From: Haliotis cracherodii
Lineage: Eukaryota
NCBI RefSeq assembly: GCF_022045235.1
Contig: NW_027266268.1
Coordinates: 19,530,001-19,594,000 of the forward strand
Length of the DNA: 64,000 nt
Direction of reading: 5' to 3'
In this document: positions 13,924 to 27,554 of the stretch, piece after piece
Position numbering within the stretch: position 1 is the stretch's first letter
How the letters are laid out: each line of letters begins with the position of its first letter
Made by a program: the position numbers and the translations under genes
Notes under the pieces: model-generated
What the model was told of the DNA's origin: nothing
Database searches by the model: none
Seen by the model: only the letters and a program-made list of their open reading frames with translations

Positions 13924-14170
13924 GCGATTCGCTGTGCAGAGTTGCATCCCTTGGGCACGCCAGAAACCATGATCGTGGGTTCGAATCCCGGTTCGCCCCG
14001 ATTATGTTTCTAGGTTTGTCAGCACCATACCCATGCTCGTGGCATTCACCGAAGTGGTAAACGTCTGAGACATACATCACTTCAGGCTTTCCACCCACAT
14101 TATGCTGACCGACCGTGATATAACTGGAATACTGTTAAAAGCGGCGTTAAACCCAACTCACTCACTCACT
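13924..14170 (+). mobile_element. SINE family A, 5'-truncated
   Basis: Match to 294-575 from gcgattcgctg onward. Confidence 0.88.
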
Positions 14171-14437
14171 CCAGTCTAATGTCCACGTCTCCTTCTAATA
14201 TCCTCGAGTCTCTCATCTAATGTCTCACTTTAAGTGTCTGAAGTGTTCTAAAGTTAAAATTTTAGGCTTCCTTGATTCAGATGCTATGGCTGCACTGTTC
14301 TGATATGTCTGCCGTTGATGTCCTGGGTCATTTGTACTACCTCATTACTACCATGTATATCCTTTGGTTATCATCAATACGTCATGGGTATTTATCCACT
14401 ACGCTCCTCCACCTCCACAATACATACGACCACTTTG

Positions 14438-14608
14438 AGTGAGTGAGTGAGTGAGTATGGTTTTACGCCGCTTTTAGCAATATTCCAGCAATATCACGGC
14501 GGGGGACACCAGAAATGGGCTTCACACATTGTACCCATGTCGGGAATCGAACCCGGGTCTTCAGCGTGACGAGCGAACGCTTTAACCACTAGGCTACCCG
14601 ACCGCCCC
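14438..14608 (-). mobile_element. SINE family B (tRNA-Asp-like head)
   Basis: About 170 bp; head ...gtcacgctgaagacccgggttcgattcccgac resembles tRNA-Asp(GTC); TSD acgaccactttg. Confidence 0.9.
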
Positions 14609-14766
14609 ACGACCACTTTGTGGCGCTATTATTAATTAAGTGAGCCTGGCTTGAGCAAAGGGTAACCAGTGAGTACTCGGACCAATGGCTGCTCAGTTTA
14701 TGTCGCACAAAAGGCAATGTTGCATGCTGGACATCATGTTCAGCATATGCCACATCCTTTTGTATT

Positions 14767-15039
14767 GGGGGGCACGGGTAGCCCAGTCGTTTAAGGCGCT
14801 GCGAGTTGCGTCCCTTGGGCACACCAGAAACCTATGATTGTTGGTTTGAATCCCGGTTCGACCCAATTATTATGTTTCTAGGTTTGTCAGCACCATACCC
14901 GTGCTCGATGGTTTCACCGAAGTGGTAAACGTCTTAGACCTGCATCACTTCGGGCTTTCCTCCCACATTAAGCTGACACGCCGCGATATAACTGAAATAA
15001 TGTCAAAAGCGGCATTAAATCCAACTCAATCACTCACTC
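14767..15039 (+). mobile_element. SINE family A
   Basis: Match to 294-575; TSD tcctt(t)tgtattg. Confidence 0.88.
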
Positions 15040-15721
15040 CTTTTGTATTGTCATTTCTTTAATGTCGAGGAATGGTTGGGTTTTCACTAGAGCAGTAATG
15101 ATTCACTGATAGCTATGATATCGTCGATACGTAGGTATGCACGATGCTTGAACTGTCAGTTTGTGAGATCGCGATGCGCTATATAAATTGGACAGGAACT
15201 TATAGAGAGTAACCTATACCTGGCAGAAGTAGCATAGCGCCACCTGTAAGCATGGCAGAACATGACATTCCAACTCACTGTTACATTTAATAACCATCCC
15301 TTCGTTCAAAACTGTTTTGTTCTTGTAGTTTTCTTTGTTAAAATTTTTTAGATAAAAAAAAAAAAATGAATAAAGAACGAGGTTTCAGAGATGTATTTCA
15401 GTGATTTCATCATTTCTTTCTATTAGATGTGGTGTATCGTGTTACCAGTAGATACCAGTTGTGATGTGATATGTTTCGCAAGATCCCGGGTGATACTCGG
15501 CTCTAGTTTCATAAAGTATTAGTGTGAGCTCATTGGCTTCCATCCGTTCTACACAGCCGCGTTTCATTAGCTGATTAACTATACACATGTGTCACAACTA
15601 AATCACATCAGACTAACGTATTGAAGGAGGAACGTAGTGTATACATATCCAGGAAGTACTGATGATGGCCTTTGTTAAGCAGTGACCTAGTGTTAGAAAG
15701 TCCTGGTTTTTCCATTATGTA

Positions 15722-15889
15722 GGGGGCGGTTGGGTAGCCTAGTGTTAAAGCGTTCGCTCATCATGCCGAAGACCTGGGTGCGATTCCCGACATGGGTACA
15801 ATATGTGAAGCCCATTTCTTGTGTCCCCCGCCGTAATATTGCTGGAATGTTGCTAAAAGCGGCGTAAAACCATACTCATTCACTAACTC
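15722..15889 (+). mobile_element. SINE family B
   Basis: Match to reverse complement of 14438-14608. Confidence 0.88.
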
Positions 15890-16258
15890 CGTGATGTAGT
15901 AAGCCATTTGATTGGTCTAACAGGCTAACCTGGAAACACATACAGAATCTTCCAAATGAATTTAATACCTGACATACTGAAAGTTTATTTGTACTTGTTG
16001 AATATCCAATGATCTTTTGATACAGATGACATTCGTGAGAAAACATCAAGGTTAAGGAATTTCTGTATTACCATTGTGTCGAACTTTGATGTGTCAAACT
16101 TTTGTTACCTCCAAGAAAAAGCATGGTGCCGGCATATTCCTTTTTTTTTCATTATTTTCGGTTGTGCAAACCCCGGATAACCTTTCAACTTTGACACAAC
16201 GGTGTTTGACTATGAATAAACCTATATATTAATTGATCGTAAACATTGAACAGATAAT

Positions 16259-16758
16259 CAGAGCTCCAGATAAGCTGCGTATCTGCGTGAAATACGCATC
16301 AGAAATGCAGAAATATGCAGTAAAATATAATCCAAGCGTATCAAATACGCAACGAACATTACAGATACGCTACAAAAATATAATTTGTGCGTATCATCAA
16401 AATATTGTGAAGTAACCCTGCGTATTCGATTACCAAAACTTATTTTGAAATTATAAACGGGCATTCCGTCAACCTTGCCAAACTCCACGATGACAGTCAC
16501 ATCATGATCATTTGCCATCACACATTCGTGTGGAAGTATCGTGGTATTTTTGAGTCCTATAAAGCTCTCGAACCCACACGACACCAGTTTGCAGGGACTA
16601 GATGAATAGTGTTTTTAAATATTTAACTTAAATACCCACATGTGTAAAAACTAGTGGGTAACAGAAATTTGATTACGCAGATAAAATTACTGATACCCAA
16701 TGATTTTCAAATGCATGGGTAAAATACCCACAACACCAAAAGCTCATCTGGAGCTCTG
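16259..16758. mobile_element. MITE family M1
   Basis: Near-identical to 2952-3452; TSD gataat. Confidence 0.9.
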
Positions 16759-19280
16759 GATAATAAAGTTCATTTTGACATGATGAGTAATGTCTAGTGT
16801 CATATCCAGATAAGCAGGATCTTGACGCAAGGATTTCACTGTACAAGGGGTTTCACTTCTAAACTATATGTGTGATCTGTATACAATGTTCTGTTCTCAG
16901 CTAACCTAAGTTATTTTAGGTCAAACTTAAGTAATCTGTAAACAGAACAATAAGAAATGGAGGAAAATTACCTCATTTTTGTTCATTATACACACTTAAA
17001 TAAGATAAATACCCACTCTTCTCCGGTAGAGATGTGGAATACAAAAGGCTCCCTTGTATACAATGCACTGTCAAATATGTTGGATGTTTTGGTATGTTTT
17101 GTTACACTGTCTTGCCAGACCAATGTTTTTTCTGATGGAATCATTCTATCAAAAAATGAAAACATGTTAAGTTGTTCTTTCAATGAAACAACTTTTTAAA
17201 ACAAACCTAAAATTACTTTCCTAAATTTGTACTGTAGTTTTATGACTAAACAAGTAAGTTATTGATCTGAGATCACAGAATACTGCATTGCTGCACCAGT
17301 CATTGCTACAGTGTAATCCAATGAACAATGGTACATTGTGGAATATTCCTATTTATTCCCCAGTGAACAGTGGCGCTGAATCTCATATCCCGCTTCCTTA
17401 TATCTTTGCATAATTGTGCTGTAATATTGTGGAAATTCATTGTCAAAGACATTCTTCGTCAATTCAATTCAACATTGACTTTCTAAATCACCAGCTCCTT
17501 ACTACAACAAGTGCAAAAACTGCACACTCAGCAATATCACATGGTAGCTTTAAGGCTTCAGTAGACAGGAACTAGTTGCATCTCATTGACTGACCCATTA
17601 GTTTTCAGTGTCTTCAAGCAAGGAATCTTATCTTCTGATCAGTAAAATACAATCACCTTTTATAATGTCATCTTAAAGTCAAAGAATGGGCTGGGATTTT
17701 ATCCAGAAAAGTAAATTGTCTCCGAAAATTTTTTTAACTCATAGCTTCAATAAACAAATATCTGGTTTTGTAGCTGTAGCTTAAAAAAACCCATCTCTGG
17801 TGGATCCCTAAAACTCACTCACTCACTCACTAACGCTAGCCGTGCACATAAGCTGTATGTTTAATGTTTGCTGATTATTTGTCACTCTACCAGACTTAAG
17901 CAGAATCAAAGTGAAGGTCCCGTCCTATTTATTGTGATATCAGTGTACTGTATTCAACCTAATGAGTGCACTGCCTCTGGTTCCAGGGTAGTGAGACCCT
18001 GGCGCATTATGGGCAAACCAAATCTGGTTGGTTGAAGAATTTTGACCTGGATGGTTGTCAGTACCCTGGGTGATTATGTATGGTCTGCTGTAATATAGCT
18101 TAAATATTGCATAAAAGGACATTTTTAGGTTAGTTTGTTATAAAACACTGACATTGCAAACTAACATCAGATAATTTGACAAACTTGGACAAGTTTGGAA
18201 GGGTCTACTCTGTTTCACAATGCTGTCCAGGAACATGAAATCAGAATCGTTTATAGCTGTTTCAACATCTTTTCAGACTGATGGCTTCTGAAGCCTCAAG
18301 TCAGAAATCAAAATCGTGACTTTCTGAATCTCCTTGACTTTTGCTGCAAATATTGGTGGGTTTGTACGGAATGTCCAGGAAACTGAAACAAATGTGAAAC
18401 TATCAACAACATACGCTTGTTGGCCAACACTTGCTCGCTGTTCCCAAAAGCAATCTTGGCGCTTCGACTGTCAAGACGTCATTAAAGCATTGACGTTACA
18501 ATCTTCTTAGCGCTATTAAAGGTTGCTCTGTGAAATGTAATGGGGGAAAAAACATATATCGTATGCAACAAAATTACTCTCAGCAATGGCATCCCTTTAT
18601 CCCCATTGCAACATACCATTTGAAACTCGATAAGTGTTGGGTTGAATACAGCATCAGGATGTCCATATGACCGACAACAATACCAGAGTGCTCTCCCTTG
18701 TGGTCTTCGAACTTCAGGATAATTTGGCTTGGTGGCTACAATTTTACTTGATTATGTTAATTCAATGTTGATACTTATTTAAGAATATATTTTTTCAGAT
18801 ATGTTATTCCTATATAGATGTTGTAAGATATATTCAACATCAGTGTCAATTAATATTTTGATACGTATTATTACACGTTCAGTTGAACTTGTTTCAGTTA
18901 TACAAGTAGTTACTGCATTATCTAAGTAGTGTACTACCCGAGGTGTATTTGTTCTGACCACTTTATGTAGTAATTATGTAGTAATTATGTAGAAGGTAGA
19001 TGTTTATTAATACATGTACTCCCAAGTCAGTATCAAGATATTCAGCATCGTGTCAATGTCACTGTATTTTTGTTTAGTTTGCTGTTGTATCGTAATATTT
19101 TCTCTCTCAAATATATTGCCCAACACATTGTTCTCTTGTAAGAAAATATAAATTTTTATAGTTTTATAAATGCCAAATGTGTTCAGTTGTTCTTTCAACC
19201 CTTTTTTTTAACCATTCCTGATTCAGCTTTATCACTTCACAGGTTTGTATACACTACGTGTCGCTTCACCCATGAGGGAT

Positions 19281-19556
19281 GGGGGCACAGGTGGCCCAGT
19301 CATCTAAGGCGCAGCGATTTGCTGTGCAGAGTTGCATCCCTTGGGCACGCCAGAAACCTATGATCCGGAGTTGGAATCCTGGTTCACCCCGATTATTTTT
19401 CTAGGTTTGTCAGCACCATACCCGTGCTCGTGGGTTTCACCAAAGTGGTAATCGTCTGAGACTTTCATCACTTCAGGTGTTCCTCCCACATTAAGCTGAC
19501 ACGCCGTGATGTAACTGGAATACTGTTAAAAACGGCATTAAACCCAACTCACTCAC
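19281..19556 (+). mobile_element. SINE family A
   Basis: Full-length match to 294-575. Confidence 0.88.
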
Positions 19557-19939
19557 CCATGTGTGGCCCAGTCGTATAAAGTGCCGCAGTTTGCTTGGGA
19601 GAATTGCGTTCCTTTGGCACGTCAGAAACATGATTGTGGTTTCGAATCCTGGTTCACCCAGATTATGTTTCTAGGTTTGCTTGCTGGTTTCTTTGTGCAT
19701 ACCCTATCATTGCTTGCTATTAAAACTGTACAGGGCAGACAGGCAAAGGGGTTTGGCACATGTTATCAAGTGGCCTTAAGTATTTATGGGACATGGAGAA
19801 ACAGTGTATACAAAGATGTGAAGTATTGACAAAGATTTCCTATTACTTATTGCAGTAAGCAAATTCAAAGGCAAGTTAAGAAAAAGACTTGTTTCAATTT
19901 CGAGTCTGGATACTATTGTGGGAAACAAACTACGCCAAT

Positions 19940-20484
19940 CATCTTCCCGGGGCAAGTGAGTTAACTGACTATAAAAGTCCAGTTTCCATCCTGGCCGAAC
20001 TAGGCTGGTATTATAGAGTTACATTTTGGCTGGACTGACGAGTCTATGAATAGTCCAATCAAAATCACGCACCGAAATCGAAATCCGGCTCGTAAAGTGT
20101 CATGCATAGTTCGGTCGACTGCAGGATTTGCAAAGCATGTGCACCGCTAACTCGTTGTCAACAAATATTTTCTATATCTTTTCATGTTTTTAATCAAGGT
20201 GCTCACGTGATTTGATGCACTTTGCGATGTTAGACTCGTTTGATCACAATATAGATTTTGATTATCGATCAGATCGTCTTGACTGGGGGCCACCGTTTTG
20301 TTTGAAGCAAATGCTAGTGATACGAGAGGTTGAATCTGATTGGTCAATAGGAGAGGTATAGAAAGGACATTACTCGTAATAACCACTGGTGGCGCTACGA
20401 TCGAGCCCAGGAATTCCAGCCTAGTTCGGCCAGGGTGGAAACTGGACTTTTATAGTCAGTTAACTCTCTTGCCTCAGGAAGATG
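19940..20484. mobile_element. MITE family M2 (CAT...ATG ends, 8-bp TSD; P- or hAT-like)
   Basis: About 69-bp TIR catcttccc...gaactaggctgg; TSD acgccaat at 19932-19939 and 20485-20492. Confidence 0.9.
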
Positions 20485-21003
20485 ACGCCAATTTGCTATG
20501 ATGACACATAATCAAGCAAGTCAGCATCCACCCAACAGACAGTTTGTTCATTTAAGTTCGATGTCTTGAACTGAAACAATTTGAACTTGTGTATGGATTT
20601 AATAAGCGTCCCTCTTTGTCAAGTTTCTAAACGCCGGGAGCGTTTTTTAGGACAATTACAGTAATGTGATTTGATGTGCATATTTAACACAAATATGCAG
20701 CACATATGGAACATGATTTGATCAAACAATGAAAACAGCACTGTTCAAACGTTTAATAAAGCCAATAAAATTTACATCTCTAACATCATCTAATAAAAAA
20801 CATATCACAGATGTGATAATACAACACAATTTAGAACCTTCCGTGAAGGCACAGCCACAAATTACACATTTCTGTTAGATATCCACAGAACACTGTTTGT
20901 TTTTACCAACAATACATTCTTTACCAGACCATGCAGTGACTATTTTCTTTTATTGCCTCAAATATTTGGTCCCCCACTGATCGAAGGTCACATTCTGACT
21001 GCA

Positions 21004-21415
21004 GGTGTAACGATACGGTGGGGCAGCGATACGATACGTATCTCTATACTATGGGTGCATTATGATTTGTATCCCGATTCAATGGGCGTATCCCGATACA
21101 GTACTTTGCAGGTGAATCGCAACCCTGAATCATTTGTTTTTAGTTTTCATGGAGCGGAGATGGGATATTGTAGGGCAGAAACATATAGGTTAGAGGACAC
21201 AGGGGATGTTATGCTACTTACAGCCACATGGGAAATACCAGAGAATCTGTGTAAACTGGTTGCTGAACAGTTTGTTATTATTCCCATCGTTTTACAATAC
21301 AACTTGTAATGAAATGTATTGCATGTATTGCGATACAGGGGTTGTGAATCTATGTATTGTATCGTGGGACTTGTATCACCATACAAAACTGTATTGCCGT
21401 ATCGTTACATCACTA
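21004..21415. mobile_element. MITE with cgatac subterminal motifs (paralogous copy at about 31380-31870)
   Basis: ggtgtaacgatacgg / ccgtatcgttacatc inverted ends. Confidence 0.65.
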
Positions 21416-21953
21416 GTGCCTAGAAAATGAACAAAACATTTGCAGGTTTAAAGCACCTTTCAAATGAAAACAAATTTTCTGAAAACAAAATCGTCTGAAG
21501 GAAAAGAAGTTCTTGGTAAATCCTTTGCCATTACAGAATCAGTATGAATATCGCTGATTAAGGGTGAGACAATGACTCAGTACTGTTGTTTTGTTTGTGT
21601 CAAAAACAGCGTGAGCAAGGATACAGCTGACATCCATAAATACCCCATCTCTTATGTCTAGCACTTCTAAATGCCGCTCAAAGAATTCATTTTTGTTAGT
21701 GAAAACATAGTCTATTGACTATTATATTTGTTGCAACAGTCACATAATGATTGAGTCCTTCATCTGAGTTTGCTGAAGAAAGGGTAGATTCCATGGTGTC
21801 CACTTCCTGTCTGGACAAAGGCCTTGCAACTGGAGCCATGGACAATGGTACTCATCCACAGTTCTCTTTTAAAGGCCATAAAAGCAATCAATTTATTATT
21901 TCGCACCATTTTACAAAGCCTTACATCCTACAGTATGACAGTTTATGGGGGAG

Positions 21954-22197
21954 CTAATATTTAGAATTAGACAGGATGCTCCAAGCCATGGACATTGTGA
22001 CTAAGATGCCAACAATGAAACCAAGGCCGCGTGATGGCTGAGGCAAGGGTAACAGATAGGCGATGGTGTGCAAGATCCGGGCACCTGTGAAGATGCGGAA
22101 GTGCAGGAGGGCGGAGCCGAGACTTGGGCCAGTTGCTGTGTACAGCAGACCAATCAGAACAAAGGGGATGACGTTCTCAAGGTCATTCAGATGGCAC
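21954..22197 (-). CDS. MGST1: MGST1 copy A, coding exon 3
   Basis: tttcag|G TGC CAT...; CHLNDLENVIPFVLIGLLYTATGPSLGSALLHFRIFTGARILHTIAYLLPLPQPSRGLGFIVGILVTMSMAWSILSNSKY*; MAPEG HxNDLEN and PQPxR motifs; AATAAA on minus strand at about 21892-21897. Confidence 0.95.
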
Positions 22198-23087
22198 CTG
22201 AAACAGACGAAGGCCAATGCTTGTTGAACGTGGGATGAGGTTTAATGAGACCCTACTATTAGACTAAAATTATATCTTAAAAGTTTATCATTATCAATGA
22301 AATGTTGCTTTGTATAAAACTAGAATTTATTGGTTCCCGTTACTATTTTATCCCTGTTTTACACTGATTGCTATGAATAACTTTAAGACAGTGGTCAGTC
22401 CATATGCTCTTTGGTTTAAAACATTCTTTTTCGAAAAACACATAAAGGAGAATATAGAATAATTGTTGCTGTGTTCTAGCCTCTACTGGCCAAATTAAAA
22501 TTTGAAAATCTTTTTGTGATGATTTGTTTGTGAAGACAAGCCACCCTTTACTTAGAGGTCATAATATGCTAGTTTTCATATCATCCAACCATCTTAGCAC
22601 GAGGGCTGATATTGGGGGATGAGGGTTCATATGGGGTATGTTATGAAAACTGCCATATAATAACCTTTTTATCATTTACCATAACATCAAATTGTAACAT
22701 GTATCCATTCATAAAACATCTCCAAATTCCATGTATGTCCGTAAAAACATGGAAAGCTTGTTCGGAAGACATTGTCACGCGGAAGGTGGCCAAGCAGACA
22801 CACAAAGGGACATAACTCTAATTTCTTACCACCCAGGCTGATATCAATGGGCCATTCAAAATGCAAGACCAGCCATACCAGCCCACCAGGGTTGTAATAC
22901 GTACGATGGGTCCAGTTATTACATCCCGGGACATGACTGTATCCATGTTGGTTCTATCACACATGTAAATACCTCATATCATTAATGAGTATACGATAAT
23001 ACGAGTAACATGTGTCACAAGAGGGTTGTAGGTATTCTTCGAGACAAAAAGATGAGTTCACAACTTAAAAATCATTATTTCACTCAC

Positions 23088-23164
23088 CTGCGGACCCTCT
23101 CAACTGATTCATGTGTCGATGGTTTCACTCCCCTGCCCGCACTATCCTCAGGATTTACAAATAC
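23088..23164 (-). CDS. MGST1: MGST1 copy A, coding exon 2
   Basis: tcacag|GTA...CGC AG|gtgagt; 77 nt; VFVNPEDSAGRGVKPSTHESVERVR(R). Confidence 0.93.
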
Positions 23165-23194
23165 CTGTGACAAAGAAACATCAATCACACATTG

Positions 23195-26100
23195 ATACAC
23201 TTGACCGGGCACACACACTTGACCCAGCATACACACTTGACCTCACATAAACACTTGACCTGGCATACACACTTGACCCAACATACACACTTGGCCTGGC
23301 ATACACACTTGACCTCACATAAACACTTGACCTGGCATACACACTTGACCTCACATAAACACTTGACCTGGCATACACACTTGACCTCACATAAACACTT
23401 GACCTCACATAAACACTTGGCCTGGCATACACACTTGACCTCACATAAACACTTGACCTGGCATACACACTTGACCCAACATACACACTTGGCCTGGCAT
23501 ACACACTTGACCTCACATAAACACTTGACCTCACATAAACACTTGACCATACATACACACTTGACCAAACATACACACTTGACCATACATACACACTTGA
23601 CCAAACATACACACTTGACCTGGCATACACACTTGACCTAGCATACACACTTGACCCAACATACACACTTGACCAAACATACACACTTGACTTAGCATAC
23701 ACACTTGACCAAACATACACACTTGACCAAACATACACACTTGACCAAACATACACACTTGACCAAACATACACACTTGACCTAGCATACACACTTGACC
23801 AAACATACACACTTGACCAAACATACACACTTCACCATACATACACACTTGACCAAACATACACACTTGACCAAACATACACACTTGACCTAGCATACAC
23901 ATGTGACCTGACATACACACTTGACCTAGCATACACACTTGGCCCAACATACACACTTGATCTAGCATACACACTTGACCCTGCATTCACACTTGACCCG
24001 GCATACACACTTGACCTGGCATACACACTTGACTTGGCATACACACTTGACTTGGCATACACACTTGACCTGGCATACACACTTGACCTAGCATACACAC
24101 TTGACCCTGCATACACACTTGACCTGGCATACACACTTGACCTAGCATACACACTTGACCTGGCATACACACTTGACCTGTAATACACACCTGACCTAGC
24201 ATACACACTTGACCAAGCATACACACTTGACCCAGCATACACACTTGACCCAACATACACACTTGACCTGTCATACACACTTGACCTGGCATACACACTT
24301 GACCTGGCATACACACTTGACATGGCATACACACTTGGCCCAGCATACACACTTGACCTAGCATACACACTTGACCAAACATACACACTTGACCTGGCAT
24401 ACACACTTGACCTGTCATACACACTTGACCTGTCATACACACTTGACCTGGCATACACACTTGACCTGGCATACACACTTGACCTGTCATACACACTTGA
24501 CCTGGCATACACACTTGACCTGGCATACACACTTGACTTGGCATACACACTTGACCCAGCATACACACTTGACCTAGCATACACACTTGACCCAGCACAC
24601 ACACTTGACCAAACATACACACTTGACCTGTCATACACACTTGACCTGGCATACACACTTGACCTGGCATACACACTTGACCTGTCATACAAACTTGACC
24701 CAGCATACACACTTGACCCAGCACACACACTTGACCCAGCATACACACTTGACCAAACATACACACTTGACCAAACATACGCACTTGACCTGGCATACAC
24801 ACTTGACCCAGCATACACACTTGACCCAGCACACACACTTGACCAAACATACACACTTGACCAAACATACACACTTGACCTGGCATACACACTTGACCCA
24901 GCATACACACTTGACCTGTCATACAAACTTGACCCAGCATACACACTTGACCCAGCACACACACTTGACCCAGCATACACACTTGACCAAACATACACAC
25001 TTGACCAAACATACACACTTGACCTGGCATACACACTTGACCCAGCATACACACTTGACCCAGCACACACACTTGACCCAGCATACACACTTGACCAAAC
25101 ATACACACTTGACCTGGCATACACACTTGACCTGGCATACACACTTGACCCAGCATACACACTTGACCTGTCATACACACTTGATCCAGCATACACGCTT
25201 GGCCCAACATACACACTTGACCTGTCATACACACTTGACCTGGCATACACACTTGACCTAGCATACACACTTGGCCCAACATACACACTTGACCTGTCAT
25301 ACACACTTGACCCAGCACACACACTTGACCTGTCATACACACTTGACCTGTCATACACACTTGACCTGGCATACACTCTTGACCTGGCATACACACTTGA
25401 CCTGTCATACACACTTGACCCAGCATACACACTTGACCCATCACACACACTTGACCCAGCATACACACTTGACCAAACATACACACTTGACCAAACATAC
25501 ACACTTGACCTGGCATACACACTTGACCCAGCATACACACTTGACCCAGCACACACACTTGACCAAACATACACACTTGACCAAACATACACACTTGACC
25601 TGTCATACACACTTGACCTAGCATACACACTTGACCTGGCATACGCACTTGACCTAGCATACACACTTGACCTGTCATACACATTTGACCTAGCATACAC
25701 ACTTGACCATACATACACACTTGACCAAACATACACACTTGACCAAACATACACACTTGACCTGTCATACACACTTGACCCAGCATACACACTTGACCTG
25801 GCATACACACTTGACCATACATACACACTTGACCAAACATACACACTTGACCCAGCATACACACTTGACCAAACATACACACTTGACCTGTCATACACAC
25901 TTGACCCAGCATACACACTTGACCTGGCATACACACTTGACCTAGCATACACACTTGACCTGGCATACACACTTGACCTAGCATACACACTTGGCCCAAC
26001 ATACACACTTGACCTGTCATACACACTTGACCTGTCATACACACTTGACCTGTCATACACACTTGACCTGGCATACACACTTGACCCAGCATACACACTT

Positions 26101-26360
26101 GACCTAGCATACACACTTGACCAAACATACACACTTGACCTGGCATACACACTTGACCTAGCATACACACTTGACCTGGAATACACACTTGACCTGGCAT
26201 ACACACTTGACCTAGCATACACACTTGACCTAGCATAAACACTTGACCTGGCATACACACTTGACCTGTAAAACACACCTGACCTAGCATACACACTTGA
26301 CCCAACATACACACTTGACCCAGCATACACACTTGACCTGTCATACACACTTGACCCAGC
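23195..26360. repeat. 18-bp minisatellite, about 176 units, in intron 1 of MGST1-A
   Basis: atacacacttgacc plus a 4-nt variable segment (tggc, tagc, aaac, cagc, tgtc, caac, tcac, atac). Confidence 0.98.
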
Positions 26361-27378
26361 AATATATTTTGTGGGTCCCAGGCATTAAAATCAAATACAA
26401 AATACATGTGATGCCTTTTGTTTTTGACAATAAATATAATCTCACATGGACTGTCCAACTATAGACTGTATTTATAACAGATATATATCTGATAATTTAA
26501 TCTTATATATATATTCAATTTGATAAGTTTCAATCATTCCAACATCCGTACATGTCATGGATACGAGAAATAGATTGTGTACAATTCACCATGCAGCAGA
26601 CTACAGAAGAGAATGTCTGCCTGGACAGCGGAAGGTGGGGGGTTCGATCCCCAAGCATTTCATACTAAAAGACATTATTGGATGATACTGCAAGCACACA
26701 CCCCCTATGCTATAATCCTGAATGCGACGTTAAGCCCTATGTCACCCCATTTAAATTCTCTTGGCTCTGGGGTGATATCAGTATACACAGATGACACAAG
26801 TTAATAAGACTGGGAATTTCACACACATGTTGAATGCCTAACAATGCATGGTATTTATGCTTCATAAATATATTTTTTCATGTGGCCCTTTTGACTTAGG
26901 CGTCTGTGGCCCTTTTGACCAGTTCTCAACCCCACTGCCCCCTCGAGTTATTTTACTCAGAATGAGGTAAACATGTGATTGAACACCACAATAAGTAACG
27001 CGCTACAGATATTGTTATTATCTCTCTCAGTTTAGTGAGATACTGCGATTCAAGAATAATTGTCATGCTAATCCAGTTTTTGTCAGTTTTACGGTATAAC
27101 GGTGATGACATTGCACAAATACGTCTGCAATTAACCGAGCCCTCCCGCAGCTCGCACACACTGACAGTTGTTGCTAAATATGTCGGCGTGACTGTTGGTC
27201 TCCCTTATGTAATATAGACTATATATGGTTGACGGGTCATCATTCTAACGGGGAAAACAAGCAAAATCCTCGGTGGTAGAATACTGGGTCAAAGTTCGCA
27301 AGTGTGGCGTTATTGTCGTTATCGTGATTACCCCGCCACAGTCATTGGTTTAGGCTTCGTAACAAAATATGCACTTAC

Positions 27379-27495
27379 CTTTTTGGTCAATCTGTGAAAT
27401 ACAGTGCAAAAACTCATTGCCATGGTTTTTAAAACAACCACTGTGGCATAGAACGCAAAGTAGGGGAACACGGGATTGTCAAACACATCAGCCAT
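27379..27495 (-). CDS. MGST1: MGST1 copy A, coding exon 1
   Basis: ATG...AAG|gtaagt; 117 nt; MADVFDNPVFPYFAFYATVVVLKTMAMSFCTVFHRLTKK; spliced product 145 aa. Confidence 0.93.
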
Positions 27496-27554
27496 GTTGA
27501 ACGATTTCTCGACACAACAACTTTGACACACTTTGCAGCGAACGCTCTGGGACG

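Noticed and set aside
14540-14608. tRNA genes (Asp-, Leu-like heads here and in other copies)
   Set aside because: Each runs into a SINE body and tail with TSDs and lacks a clean acceptor stem.
23195-26360. CRISPR-like constant repeat plus variable spacer
   Set aside because: The variable part is 4 nt from about 8 recurring states, the context is eukaryotic and there are no cas genes.
23181-26458. Very long ORFs (838, 823, 638 aa) on both strands
   Set aside because: They follow from an 18-bp period with few stop codons, are open in several frames on both strands, and lie inside an MGST1 intron.
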